DNA of 42,164 nucleotides from Phoronis australis (taxonomy: Eukaryota; Animalia; Phoronida). The DNA is taken from positions 397,244 to 439,407 of the forward strand of contig NMRA01000375.1 in NCBI GenBank assembly GCA_002633005.1. The letters are read 5' to 3'. The notes below the pieces were generated by a model that did not search any database, had not been told where the DNA came from, and was given only the letters and a program-made list of their open reading frames with translations. Numbering within the stretch: the stretch's first letter is position 1; each line of letters opens with the position of its first letter. Of the stretch, positions 1-12,460 are shown in pieces. The translations under genes and the position numbers were made by a program.

Positions 1-766
1 TCGGACCCGATTTCAAGTGTCCGATTCAGACATTCAGACAACCAGCGTAATCGTAATGGAACTGTGGCTAAGTAATGGCGCTCCCGGTCGATATGTGCGT
101 GATATCCCAGGCTACCGGCAGCGGCGCTGCGCACTACCACTCCGTTTCCGTCCTCTGCTCCATTGTGCAATGAAGAAAATTACTAAGTTAAGTTTTCATA
201 GAAAACGGAATCTGAGTGATGATGAAGAAACAGAAGCTGCTGGTAAGATGTAAATTTTAATCGAAGCCTTAGTGAATAACAAAGAAACTCATAATTCTCT
301 TTTTGTCAAGCATTAAAATTAAGACGATTTCCAAAGCAATCGCGTCATTGGTTAATGGCCAACACGAAAAACGGATTTGGTCCTTTGAGCAACTGAAGAC
401 TATTTTAACCACGACAACTCTTGTTGCGAACTGATTGCACAAAATATATAGAGCGTGTAATAAGCATTTTTATGTAAAGAAGCAGGTTTCGCGCGCAAAC
501 GCTTTGGACCATAAACAAGTTGTCTCTTTGTGTCACATTGCAAGTAAAGTCATAGTCGTGCAGTGGTAAAGCGCGCACGCTCAGGCAGACAGGTCGTGAT
601 CGAGCTCATTCAAGTCCGTGGAATTTAAGTGTTTCCAGTTGGCATGTTTTCAGTTTTTTCGCTTTTAAAATGGTTGTTTTTAGAAGCGCCTCTACAATCG
701 TGTATTGGGCGATTGTTTATGAGACAAAATGTTGGCGCCCCCTTATGATATACTAGATCCGCCACT
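1..766 (+). mobile_element. Non-autonomous TIR element, truncated by the window start; same family as 24819-25800
   Basis: Long colinear similarity to about 25070-25800 (gatatcccaggc..., tgtgcaatgaagaaaattact, ggaccataaacaagt). It ends in ctagatccgccactg. Confidence 0.8.
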
Positions 767-867
767 GGACTATGATGTAATAGAATATCATTGAAGTGAC
801 AAAATTATTAGAAACAAGGCGATGCATTTAACAGCGCTATTGCTGTGTAAATATGTGACCCCCTTAG

Positions 868-1185
868 CAGGGACGGATCATGGATTTTGAGTTGGGGGGG
901 AGCAGGGCACAGGAATAACCAGAATTTCCCCACATGGGCACGGCCAGCCTAAAATGTAGGGATGCAGAGGTCTCGAATTTTTGGGTTTGTTGACGTGCAC
1001 CTTATTACCAAAAAAAAAAACGGTTCACGGGGTTTGTTGAAGACCTATGCTTTGAGCATTCGCCCCCGAGCCCCCTAGGTGCGCGCATATGCTAGTCAGC
1101 AATTCGCACCACGAACTGACAAATGATATCTGGGAGAATTTTAGGGGGGCCATGGCCCTCTTGCCCCCCCCTTAAATCCTCCAAT
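868..1185. mobile_element. MITE-like element with G/C-run subterminal motifs
   Basis: Starts cagggacggatc...gggggg and ends gccccccccttaaatcctccaatg. These termini resemble the CAGTGGCGGATC family. Confidence 0.45.
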
Positions 1186-3121
1186 GTGCTCCTGCTAGTA
1201 CAATTTACAAGTAAAGTATAGAGTCCCTGGTGATAGATGATGATTTTCTTATGGCAATGAAAAACCAGGAATAGATTTGCAATTCAAGTCCAAAGTCTGA
1301 AAACTGCCGGCAACTCACGACCATCGAGTGACAAACAGGGTCTATCCAACCACAATAACACTCTTTTTCAGTCACAGCATTGATAGGCCTAGGGCTAGGG
1401 CTAGCCTTGGTACAAATCAGTATACTAAATATACTACCCTGGCTGTGTGAATTTCGGGCTCTATTGAAGAAAAACACAGTGGAACCTAGCTGTATTTTGA
1501 TACCGCTAGCTGGCTGGCTAGGGTACCACTGCAGACTCGACTCGATCACGATTACTATGGAATTCAGTATATAATTTTCCCACAAGTAATGGTTTCATCT
1601 AATCCTAAGAGTAATAGTTAGACTGTTCAGCTCATACAGAGAGCAACATCGTCATCAAAGTGTTCAAGAAACGAATAAATTACCTGATTAAGGCGAACTT
1701 CTCTTCTTCGAAGCAGTACCGGAAACAGCTGACTTTGTCTGGAGTNAAAAAAACAAAAAGGTATTGAATAGTGAATATTGAATGTAGACGATCTACAAAA
1801 TGAAATAAAAGTATAGAGTATAGACGGTTGGTCAAAAACAACGAAAGGTTGGATACTACGTACGCGAAACGAAACTTAAAAGTCTGGCTAAGAAAAAGGT
1901 TAAGCAAATGATAGCTCACCGCTAACTCGCAAACTCTGATCTCGGAATAGTTTGTATAATCGGCCATCTCTATTCCGTTTACTATATCGCCGGCGTTCGA
2001 GGTCTTTATGTACACGTTACGTAGCACCTAATAATATATAGACGATAATTTATTTGCGACACGTTTATGCCCAGTGTTTGGAGTAGGGTTTGTGTCTGCC
2101 CATACTTTACGCAATGATTATGTAAGATTTGCCAAAGCTCAGACGTTGCTATGTTTATATTTGTGAACGAAAACTTGACGTCACACTTTGCATTCATCTA
2201 CTTTTATTCAATTTTGTATGCCGTTAGTAATACTCGGTTAAACCTGAAAAGTTTCTTTTCTGTCTTAGTTGGTCAGACTATTCCCAACACTATACCTACC
2301 TGCAAGATAAATTTGCTATAGACTACTTTTCTGAACGTTTTGATGATTTTATATTTGTATGATATTTGTAGTGTTGGTTTGTCATTAATACACGTTTAAA
2401 CGCTATCGGTTTTATGTTCTGCGTTAGCTGGTCGCTTCTTATTATTATTAGTACGATTCGCTCAGTACCGTCGGGGCCTGGGTTAGACTTTACACGACAT
2501 CTGTTGTTGGGTTGGGTGGTTATCGCCTTTTGCCCTTTGTTTTTGATGAGACAGAACACACAATATACAACGACACTCGGCGCACACGAACTAAGGTAAT
2601 CCACGTTTTGTTCTTGTCATCCCTCTTTTTGTTTCAATCCGTTGCTAGGAGCCGCAAAACGAGTTGCCTCTCTAATTAAACCTATTACGTCATGACGTCA
2701 TTGACACATCCGTCCGGTAGGTGTCCCTTCCGATCGCAGTTATCCCACGTGACCTCCTTTCACATAGATTACCTTTGACCGAGACCCGCAAAATAAGACT
2801 CCTAAATAACTTACTATACTACTCGCCTTTCCATTTTGAACGCATTCGACGTACTCTGCGCCGTCCATTGACCATTATATGATACTAATTCAATACCCCT
2901 AAAAGCCAGTTCAATTTGCGGTGTAGTCGTTGGCACATTTCAATGCTCGGCGTTGCTCTTGTCTTTACAATAACGGAAATCTTATGATTAATGAAGCTTT
3001 TGGTAAGATGCACGATTTTATCCATCATTCACATATTTTTCTTTGGTTTGAGTAACGTAGAAAATAAATCTGAAACTAAATAAGGCGATCCAGATCCTCT
3101 TAAGGATACTATTGTTTCACG

Positions 3122-3523
3122 AAATGAAGAATATGAATAGGTAAATAAAACAACAAGAATGGATCAATTGAAATTTTCGGATATAATAATGTCCTTCGTC
3201 GACAGAAATAGAAATAAAGTAAAATCAAACACTATATGACAATTGACATTTAAGATGTATGTATATGATAATGTATATGATACATTGTTGCGAAAATAAT
3301 TAAATGATACAATTATTTTAAGAAGTTTTTATGTTTAATTCATGAGCTATTGTATTTCCGCAACAATGTATCATATACAATACGCCACATCTTAAATGTC
3401 AATTGTCACATAGTGTTTGATTTTACTTTATTTCTGTTTCTGTTGAGGAAGGACATTATTATATCTGAAAATTTCAGTTGATCCATTCTTGTTGTTTTAT
3501 TTACCTATATATATTCTACATTT
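3122..3523. repeat. Long inverted repeat / foldback MITE
   Basis: About 3122-3298 is the near reverse complement of about 3353-3523 (e.g. taggtaaataaaacaacaagaatggatcaa vs ttgatccattcttgttgttttatttaccta), with an AT-rich spacer of about 55 bp. Confidence 0.9.
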
Positions 3524-5547
3524 TGGTTTGAGAAAATTATTATGTACATATCTTCAAGATAGCAAGGGCGAGACTTATGTTTACTTTGTCAAATATCCCG
3601 CAATTGTTTCACAGAGACTTTGGCAACAAGCCGGGCAAATTTGTATACGATAGTCAATCAATTGTGCGCAAAATCGAAATTTTGAGACAAAATATGACTT
3701 GGTCCTCACCAATCCATCTAATGACTGGTGGACAGAAGCTCACGGTTGTCGCTTGGTACACGCTTAAAGTGGTGATAGATGTGCTTAATTCAGACTTTTA
3801 CGCATATTAAAATACATTTTTGTATAAAATTGTAATCAATAGGTCACAACTATACAAATTTTGTCGTCCGTCATTTCTGGTCATCGCTGCCGCAATGGTT
3901 AAATGATCAAGTATATGCGTCTTTGAGTAGTAGTATTGGAAAATTATCAGAACCTGGAAGATTGACTTGCTCATAGGTTTGGGTAAATATCGTATCTTCG
4001 TATGTTAGAAAATAGCCTTGACAGATGGGCCACTATTTTTCATGTTTCAAGGTTGAGCAATTGCTTCATACTATATAGCCACGGATGTATGCGCTCGTGT
4101 GTGCATCTTAGTGTATGTTCAGCTGAGCGCTTAATAAAATTGAACAAATAAAATTAACTTCAAGTATTTTCTTACAAAATTTCGTGTGTCCTTTGTTTTT
4201 CAATTCTATGAAAATTGACCAAATCCATTTCGAAAGATGTGACCCCAAGCCTCCCCTTGTCCGCCACCCACGGAATTGTCCCGTGACTGATGTGCCTGTA
4301 TATGTAGCATAGTACAAGCACATGTTGTCACACACAAGGCTGTCGGGAGAAAATTGTAAGATTTCTGCCGCGAGTGCTCAGCCAGGTTACCACAAATCCG
4401 AAGTTGTGTCAAGTGGAGCCGTTGTGACAATTTAAGCCTGTGGAGCGGTGATCGATGCCATTTACATCAGAACAGATTCAATCATTAATGTACGGCGACA
4501 CCTTCACTGCCGAATTTAGTAGCAGAAGGGACAAAATCTTATAGTTTAGTATCGGCAGACCGTAACACATGACGACGAATAGTTTGAGAATTCTTGACAT
4601 TAGATTACTTGATTTTCCCAAAAATGACCGCGAGCGATCACACAAGCCTTGATGTGGCTGAATGAATTTCATGCAAGACAAATCAGTCCTTGGATTCCGC
4701 TTGATACCGAGCTCAACAGTCTCACCCGATACAACATAGATCATGGTATGCACTTCAAATGCTATATATTTATTCACAAAACCCCACACTGACTATACTA
4801 ATCATTTTCATTCACACCAACTACATTCTAAACTGATACATTAGATACATGTATAGCACTGAAACAAACATGATGGCCTTGCAGTCTGCTTCATAGAACA
4901 TCTGTGTATAGCAAAATAACCATTCACAACGAAATTACACAAAACAATCTTACAATCAGTCTGGAAATTAATAAGACAAAACAATTACAACTGTTTTAAT
5001 AACTTTAACGCTGTATATATCTTCAGCCCTCTGCTAATCGGAACTGGGAATGAAAAAGTACCATTGCTAAAATCCTATGATTATAAAATCAAAAGCGTAA
5101 TGTAAAATTCACCATAACACAAAATGAAGCAGCAGACCATAATCTAAATCTATATCCTTTTCCCCAAATCAAGCTCTGTCATTTTATACACGTTTTCTAG
5201 GCTAGGCACCTTCTGCCCTATTCGAAATGTCCTGAAATCACTAAATTAACAACGAGTATATCAGTCATAATAAATGACCTTATATCGCCTATAGACGGTC
5301 TCCTTTGTATCTCTGGAAACGGAGCTTGCGACGCACCTATTATTTTCGGGACATATTCCGAGCATAAATATAGTTTTCGGACACGGAATAAGTCAATTCT
5401 TAATAAGCTAATTGTCAAATTGAATTCGGCTTATTGGCTAAATCAAGAGTATCAATAAATGCTGACGTTGAGAAATCCACCAACAAACTCACTGGTTATG
5501 CATAACAAGAACGTAAAGCATTCAGTTCGTGCTAACTATCAAATAAG

Positions 5548-7520
5548 TCATTCTGTGTCTAAGCGGAGCACTTGTAGAAAATCGGTGGGAAGAGTCTTGA
5601 AGTATTCCACGTGTTCCTGGTTTCTGATAACCGGATGGGATATGGTGCACAAGTATAGTAGGTCATCATATTTCTCATATGCGATGAGTGGAGGCTTTTC
5701 ATACGCCGGAGAGACATTCGTACAGTTACGTCTCCCAATCATCCGCATTTCAGAGTAGTCGTCACTTAAATGGGACATCTTAGAGTACAGTAGAACAAGC
5801 TGGGAGTGGCTTTCTTTACCTTAAGGTGTCAAAGATCGGGCCAGTGAATATCTGTTCCATCCCCTGCTTGACGGTTGCGGAACAGACTTGTAGCTGTGCT
5901 CAGAGGTATAAAATCTAAGATGTCATCGGTATTAAAGTGGTCCACATAATACGATATTGTGCAGAAAATTCGGACAAAATGGAGACGAGAAAGGGACAGA
6001 TATTTCTCCCAATCTACTGAGGGCTCTCTCAACAACGCTGTGCACGGCAGCGCCCTTTGACTGCCCGTGATTTGTCTCTAACGAGGTGATCTCCTGTAAA
6101 TGTTCTGCTTTTTGTGAGACGTCCATCATCACAGCACAAATTATTGTGTTCTTGTTATGGCCGGCACAACCATATACCTTCTCATAGCACTCCGCGTCTG
6201 CACGTTGGAGATACAGTGCCAGTCAGGACAATATTACGTTTGCCCCACGTTTGACAATGGACTCATTACACAGAAAACAGTGGACTTTCCCACTGTTCAC
6301 TTCGCACACAAAATTGTATTCACACAGGCGGGGCTAATAAAAAAACTCACCACGATTTATAATGGCCAAGAATATGACTTGTTGTAGGTCAAAACAGGCA
6401 ACAAGTTCATTGGAGCCCCTTCCCTCTTTCAGCTGGCGTTTGATGTTCCTGATTTCCTCCTTTTCATTGAAATGCCGCTCATATTCAGCCTTCTCGTTTG
6501 ATTCCACGCTGGTGTCCTCGCGTCTGTAGCAATAGCAGATGCCACGAAGGTGCTTCTTTGAGGGGTGAAACTTTAATTTCATATGCTTCAAGTAATAGAA
6601 GGATAGAGTGACCGCGTCATTGTTGCAATGTTCCTCCTGATACATCGGGTGCACATTGCTTTATGTCAGATCAGTCGATAAATACTGATAGCTAGTGTCT
6701 GCTCGGCAACATTGGGATTCCACCTTTGAAAACCTATTGATATTACTGTTCACGAGACTACGCACTGTGGCATACCTCAGTTGTTGACATTTTGTCAGCG
6801 GCCGCGCCTTTCTGCTGTTGCTGGTATTTTGTTAATAGAGGTCTTAACTTGGCCATCATTTGCTCCCAAAGTATCTATGAACATAACTCGACAGACGTCA
6901 GGAGCGTCGCCGGTATTATCAAAAGGCAAAAAGTATGATAGAGTGCGGAATTTTGTATTATTTTCTTAATTGACCGTCGGGGTGGTTGAAATAAGATGTC
7001 TCGCTGCTCATGCAGACTCTGCACACTATAAAATGCGTTCAAGATGCTCAGTCGTTTTTCCTTAGAAAACAGCTCACAGCCAAGGCAATCGTTCGAACAA
7101 TATCTTCAGTTGCATTGTGGTTTCGGTGTGCCTTCCCTCCAATAATTGGTCCGATTTCCCTGATATGTAGACATCACCTCTCAGTCGCCCTTCTTTCACT
7201 TATTGCCTGTTGCACCTCTTGTCTATACGAACGTCTGAGCTCACAAATGACGAACTTCGCCCTCCATATAAAAATGTTATACCGTGGGCTCTGTGTTGCC
7301 ACACAATGTGCAAAACCTGCAAGACTCATCAAAGTGGTTTTTACAGTACATCCGAAGACATGTCTGACAGGCAGCCCAAATCTAACTTTTACACAAAAAA
7401 CAATGTCCCAGAGCTTCCTCTTCCGTTGGTACGTCAGCGAGAGTAGTGGTATCTGCACAATCAACAAGTTCGTCATTCAGAAAGCGCACCTTCTCATTTG
7501 AAATGAACTTTTCTCAAATA
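5548..7520 (-). pseudogene. Decayed Sola1-like DNA transposase
   Basis: Colinear fragments broken by stops and frameshifts: VCRVMFIDTLG, KVESQCCRADTSYQYL, ACFDLQQV...FFY*PRLCEYNF, NESIVKRGANVI, GCAGHNKN, NHGQSKGAAVHSVVE, KYDDLLYLC...HVEYFKTLP. Family assigned from remembered motifs. Confidence 0.75.
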
Positions 7521-8556
7521 AATGAGCTTCGAAAAAGGTTTTAAATTGAATACTTAATAAGGTATTGCAAAGACAATATCACACTTGCAAATTCATTAAT
7601 CGGTCTATCAGTGATGAGGAACGACAAAGATCGAGCTAAACGAAATGTTTAACATATTCAACCTTACGCAAAAAATTCGTAGTAAAATTTCTAGTAAGCT
7701 TTTCGGCTCGCCAAAAATAAAATATGAGCAACAGCCATATTAGCCAAATAATTAGGTTAAGTAATTACACAATAGTTTGTCCGATAGACACTAAATTAGC
7801 GCATGTGGATTTCTGAAAAAGAGGCGAATGATCTAAAGTATAGAACTCATATTCGACAAAAAACGCAAGTTCGACGGTTAGCCAAAAAGCCAGCGGGCTA
7901 GCAACACAGGCGAGCTTTTAATCCATAGAGTGCTTATTGTGGACGAATAATCTCTCCATAAAAAGCAAGATCACAGAAGACGACGGAAACTCTGAAAGAC
8001 GAGTTTTGCGCACTTATGCTCGAGGCCTGATTAATTTAACCTAGCAAAATGGCGTACACTGAAGGCGAGGCTGAAATGTTGAATTACGGGATAAACGAAG
8101 ATTTATAGCCGCAAAAGTACGCCAAAAGTCTTTTGGGTTTACGAAAAGTAGCCCTGGACGTGATTGTATTCCGTAGAACACGTTTGTAGCGAAAACGAGA
8201 TCACGCAAGTCTTCGCGACATAGTGCCATGCATTACAAGGGAGTAGTTTTTACTTGCTAGTGTCGTGCGTTGCAGTACGGGTTTCAGTTCTGTATACAAT
8301 CCTGAAGTCAGTAGTTTTTGCTGCAGCTTCTAAGACAAGATTTGATAAAAATCACAATGGTGACAATGGTGAAAGTGACTTTTGAATTTGTGCAGCAAAC
8401 GATGATTACTGTTGGTCAAACATTGGGCGCTGTTTGTGTCTCTCAAAAAATGTAGGTCTGCAGAATGGAGGGACGGTTGATATCATTATTCTTTGCCAGA
8501 TAGGGTTCCTGGAGAATCCAAACTTTTGCTTTGTGGTCTTGTGCTTTTCGATGCCT

Positions 8557-10626
8557 TCACTGCCGATTGTTTTCTCCAGGTTTTCCAGCTTTATTCTGTT
8601 CCCAATGTTCACGATCCATATTTGCTTTTTTCTCCGATTCAGCATTCGCTATTATTGTCCTGATTGAGTAGTCAAGATTTACAGTGAAAGGCAAGAACTT
8701 TTTCACGTCACTCATTTTAAATTTCAATTTTTGTTTAGATTCATCTTTTTTGTCAGCTGCCTGCAGGAGTAATTCGAACGATTTTGCGTCATGATCAAGA
8801 CTAAGTAACGCTTTCCAGTCGGACGGCTTGGCCAATTCTTTCTCACATTCTTTGTATATCGGCAGTAGCTCTTTCTCCAAATCTTCTTGAATTGGCTCTT
8901 TTCTTTCACGGTTTTCGTATACACGTATCAGCCAACTCGATCTATATGGCCACTGCTCTGTCAAAATCACCCATCGCACGAGCTTGTGAATTTCATCTTC
9001 ATCCATTTTCTCCCCACTCATCACAAGCTTAAACGTTGCCATCATTATGTTACGGATGCGTTTGATATTTCGCGCGTTAGGTGCAAGAAAGTCACTTGCG
9101 TCTTTCAAACCCTCCATTGCTATTATCAACGACTTTTTCTCATCTTCCCTTTTCTCAGTACTATTTGGTTTCCCATCATGACCTGGATTTCGCTTGTTCC
9201 GACTAACAGGTGGAGAGTCCCTACGTTTAACAGTACCATGCTTATGGACGCCATTATCGGGCATTTCTGTTTTCACCATGGCGTCAATATACTTTATAAC
9301 GTGCTTTTTCTTGGGCAACGGTATGCAAAAAGGCAGGTGAATGATTTTTTTAAGATACTCGTGACCGTTAATATTAGCATTTAACAGCACTTCGGGGAAT
9401 GATTGCTCGATAGCTTTCACGACAATTTGTGGATCAATGGCAACTAACGAAATGAAGGGCAGCGTGTTATCGGACAACAATATATTAACTGCTTCCAGAA
9501 TCTTGTGAATTTTGTGTTTTTCTACTCTGTCTAGATCGTCAATGATTATAAGTAAGCGATAATGTGTTTGGTATAAGAACTCCATATATCTAATAAAATC
9601 CTTGAGGAAGTATACTTCTAACTTGACTCTGTTCATAAATCCTAATTCCTTGTCAAAATTTGAACGAGCCAAATGCCTTTTCATCCGCAGTACACGTTCC
9701 GCCTCAGATTGACATAGGGAACTAATCAAACCCGCGGTTGTTTTAATTATCGGTATTAGCGCTGTAACAAAACCCACAAGCGCTACGCCAAATAGGAGTT
9801 GCTCGCGCGTGGCTGGGGGCGTTGTTTGGGCAAATTTAAACATTACCATTACTGAAAAAATAAATATGAAGATTATCAAGAAAATGGTAAAGGAATAGGG
9901 TATCCCTAGACAGCATTGCCGCTCTTCCAGCACAAGATTTGGTTGTGATCCGGGTGTCTTGTTTTCTTCCTGGGTTACCGGGTTATACCCCCCACAGCAT
10001 GACCTGAAGCAAGACTTGTCTGCGACTCCTCTGTTTTCAGGCTCAGTGCCCTCGGTGGCTTCGCCTTCAACAAAGCCGTCAATGTCCTCGGTGGCTTCGC
10101 CTTCAACGAAACGGAACAATCTAGTTTTCCAGAAACCGAATTCTTGTTCTACAACATTACAGATGTTTGTAACAATGCCAGCCCATAGAAGGTCAGAACC
10201 AGCGAACTCCCAAGCATTGAAACGAGCTTCAATCACTTTTAAGTTGCTTGGGATTGATTTGATGTCCGTGGTGCGTCGTTGATGATATGGTCGTTTGAAA
10301 AACACGAGTAACAGGACTTTTTGAAATTCATAAAACATTTTGCATCCACCGTCACAACAACACTTAACCAAGGCGACCAGAACAATTCCGGCGGAAATCG
10401 AAATGACACATATTTCACATGAAAGTTTTTGTGAGATTGTCGCGCTTGCATTTCCTGTTGTGTTGCTTTTGTCACAATATCCAAAAAGCGAACCTCCGGC
10501 AGCTGCGACTGCACCGGGCAGTAACACGAACAGAAGCAATATAAAATAGGCACATACTGGTACGTCACACGAGAAAAACCTGCACAATTTTGTCTTCATT
10601 TGGCAACAGCTTGAGGCTTGCGATTC
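8557..10626 (-). CDS. Large terminal exon of an NKPD1/Kidins220-like KAP-family P-loop NTPase
   Basis: The 680-aa ORF extends upstream to a phase-0 acceptor, ttctatcaacAG|GAA (10627/10626). It has the KAP motifs FNAWEFAGSDLLWAGIV, LGFMNRVKLEV, Walker B LLIIIDDLDR, NGHEYLKKIIHLPF, PNARNIKRIRN and WVILTEQWPYR. Two pairs of hydrophobic TM-like segments are inserted in the NTPase. Confidence 0.93.
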   Translation of the reverse strand, partial: ESQASSCCQMKTKLCRFFSCDVPVCAYFILLLFVLLPGAVAAAGGSLFGYCDKSNTTGNASATISQKLSCEICVISISAGIVLVALVKCCCDGGCKMFYEFQKVLLLVFFKRPYHQRRTTDIKSIPSNLKVIEARFNAWEFAGSDLLWAGIVTNICNVVEQEFGFWKTRLFRFVEGEATEDIDGFVEGEATEGTEPENRGVADKSCFRSCCGGYNPVTQEENKTPGSQPNLVLEERQCCLGIPYSFTIFLIIFIFIFSVMVMFKFAQTTPPATREQLLFGVALVGFVTALIPIIKTTAGLISSLCQSEAERVLRMKRHLARSNFDKELGFMNRVKLEVYFLKDFIRYMEFLYQTHYRLLIIIDDLDRVEKHKIHKILEAVNILLSDNTLPFISLVAIDPQIVVKAIEQSFPEVLLNANINGHEYLKKIIHLPFCIPLPKKKHVIKYIDAMVKTEMPDNGVHKHGTVKRRDSPPVSRNKRNPGHDGKPNSTEKREDEKKSLIIAMEGLKDASDFLAPNARNIKRIRNIMMATFKLVMSGEKMDEDEIHKLVRWVILTEQWPYRSSWLIRVYENRERKEPIQEDLEKELLPIYKECEKELAKPSDWKALLSLDHDAKSFELLLQAADKKDESKQKLKFKMSDVKKFLPFTVNLDYSIRTIIANAESEKKANMDREHWEQNKAGKPGENNRQ
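10049..10111 (-). repeat. In-frame 36-nt-period duplication within the KAP exon
   Basis: cctcggtggcttcgccttcaac occurs twice, 36 nt apart, giving FVEGEATEDIDG-FVEGEATEG. Confidence 0.9.
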
Positions 10627-11779
10627 CTGTTGATAGAAAGTAATTAGGACGTGAATAATCTGAGTCAGAGTGGCCTGCGTTTAGGTCGTAAAAGATGCTG
10701 TTTATACATGAACTTGTAGGATTGTTTTTAAACGATTCCTTGTTTCATGCAAAATCGACACCCTTCAAAAACTTCGGTCACATGATGACGAGCACCTTAT
10801 TACATGAATTGAGATGTTTCGTTTATCTATGGGTTGAGAATGGCAATTAAGTGAATTGATGGTGGGGACTTCACGTAGGCAATTAGTTTAAACTGACAAT
10901 AACTAGTTGTTCATTGTTGGGAATCATTATAAATTTGACACTTGCTTATGCAATTAATAAGAGTTAGTAACTGTTACTATTATCTAACAATTAGAGGAGT
11001 GTTAGGCGGAAGCACGTGGAATGTAATCATTGGAAGATCTGCGAGTCATTAAGTACAGGTACATCAGCGTATCTCAAACTCTATCGCGAATACACTCATT
11101 CGGTACAGTACTCGGCATTTTCCATACGGCGTTATAACGTGTATATTACATATAGTAATGTACATAATAACGAAAAACGGAAATGGAGGAACTGTGAATC
11201 GAATGAACATGATCGTGAATGAAGAAATATGTGGCATTTCCTAATCAAGATGGTAGCGCAAGCAAGTTCTTTCTATACGAGTCTCGGGATATAAACCATG
11301 TACAAGTTGTAATCACTGTCAGTTGGACAATTTTGATATTTCAAGAACGAATTGTGGATAAATTTATTTGCAATAAAGACTAATTCATCCAACGGTAACA
11401 CAGAAAAGCAGGAACAACTTTTCAGTGGAGAGATGCAAGATCGATTTGTAACATGAGAGTACAAAACCCTAAGAGGAAGTCCACGCCTAGCATCATGTTG
11501 TCTTTCACAACAGAAAACTGTAAAGTCGAGATGTACTGAAGATGAAAGAAATCAAGGCGGCTACGTCCACTGGGGTTGGTATTCGAATTCGCCATATTCA
11601 CCTATAAGGTCGTTTAGAGACATTCACGATTTCTAGAGTATTACCGGTTCAATTCAATATGTAGGCAAAAGAAATACCCTCTGACACAGCTCTAGCTCTA
11701 CCTATCGTGAAAAATGACCCGGTGGAAACATGATGAACGACACACGGAATTCCGTGTGTGGGAATCAGTAGGCATGTCT

Positions 11780-11940
11780 TGGTCGTAAGTAAACCGACCA
11801 CATCTGCACCACTTACACACGCCTTTATGCACCGTACTTGTTTTTTCTTAAACCACTGGATCGGGGTTCCCTTGATTTTGTTTACTTTGGTCACTGCCTG
11901 TTTTAATAAACTGTAACTACCCAAGTCAAAGGTGGTGGCC
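11780..11940 (-). pseudogene. RecQ-like helicase N-terminal fragment, probably transposon-derived (AcademH-like)
   Basis: FKKKQVRCIKACVSGADVVGLLTT resembles the Q-motif leading to motif I (LKxxQxxxIxxxxxGxDVxxxLPTG). The similarity stops before GKS. Confidence 0.45.
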
Positions 11941-12250
11941 ATACTTGGTAAACTAAAAGGGGTTTCCCAACTTTCAACCAATGAGAATGACTAAATGCTA
12001 TGATGTTGTGTTCATTACCTTATAATAAGAAGCCATGTTAAACAAATACAACATTCAACAGTGCTACGAAAAGTAGCGAAGTGAAAGATTGTAGCCATAG
12101 AAATTGACAAGGCACCGGTAATAAATTACCACCTCTGTCATCGCGGGTGGCATATGGAAAAAAACTGCAATGAGGCACCTACAGGCGTAATGGTTATTTG
12201 TGGAACTAAAACAATTGGCGACCTTACGCAGCTCGCCAGATACGACTTGC

Positions 12251-12460
12251 CTTCTTGTTTTTCTTGCACTTTTCACTTAAGAGGTTCAGTAGGAATGTCT
12301 TTCCTGCGCCCCAACTTCCGTAGACCCCTATCGTAGTGCCATTTGAAATACGCTCGTCCCGTACCAAATCCTCGAATGCCTTTGCGTAGACGTCATACCC
12401 AAGTTCGTCAGTATTGTTTGAAGGTCCTTCGCTGACTAAATCCCACTTTGAATCTACACC
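12251..12460 (-). CDS. KAP NTPase Walker A exon (not in ORF track)
   Basis: Manual translation: GVDSKWDLVSEGPSNNTDELGYDVYAKAFEDLVRDERISNGTTIGVYGSWGAGKTFLLNLLSEKCKKNKK. The exon is 210 nt, with acceptor ttgtattcAG|GGT (phase 0) and donor AAG|GCAAGT (phase 0). Confidence 0.9.

Noticed and set aside
553-620. tRNA gene
   Set aside because: Only degenerate A/B boxes with no convincing cloverleaf, and it lies inside a repeated element.
7010-7501. 163-aa plus-strand ORF
   Set aside because: It is the antisense shadow of the transposase relic.
8557-10599. Stand-alone prokaryote-type or horizontally transferred KAP gene starting at ATG 10599
   Set aside because: Walker A lies 1.6 kb upstream behind splice sites, and the motifs are of the animal NKPD1 type.
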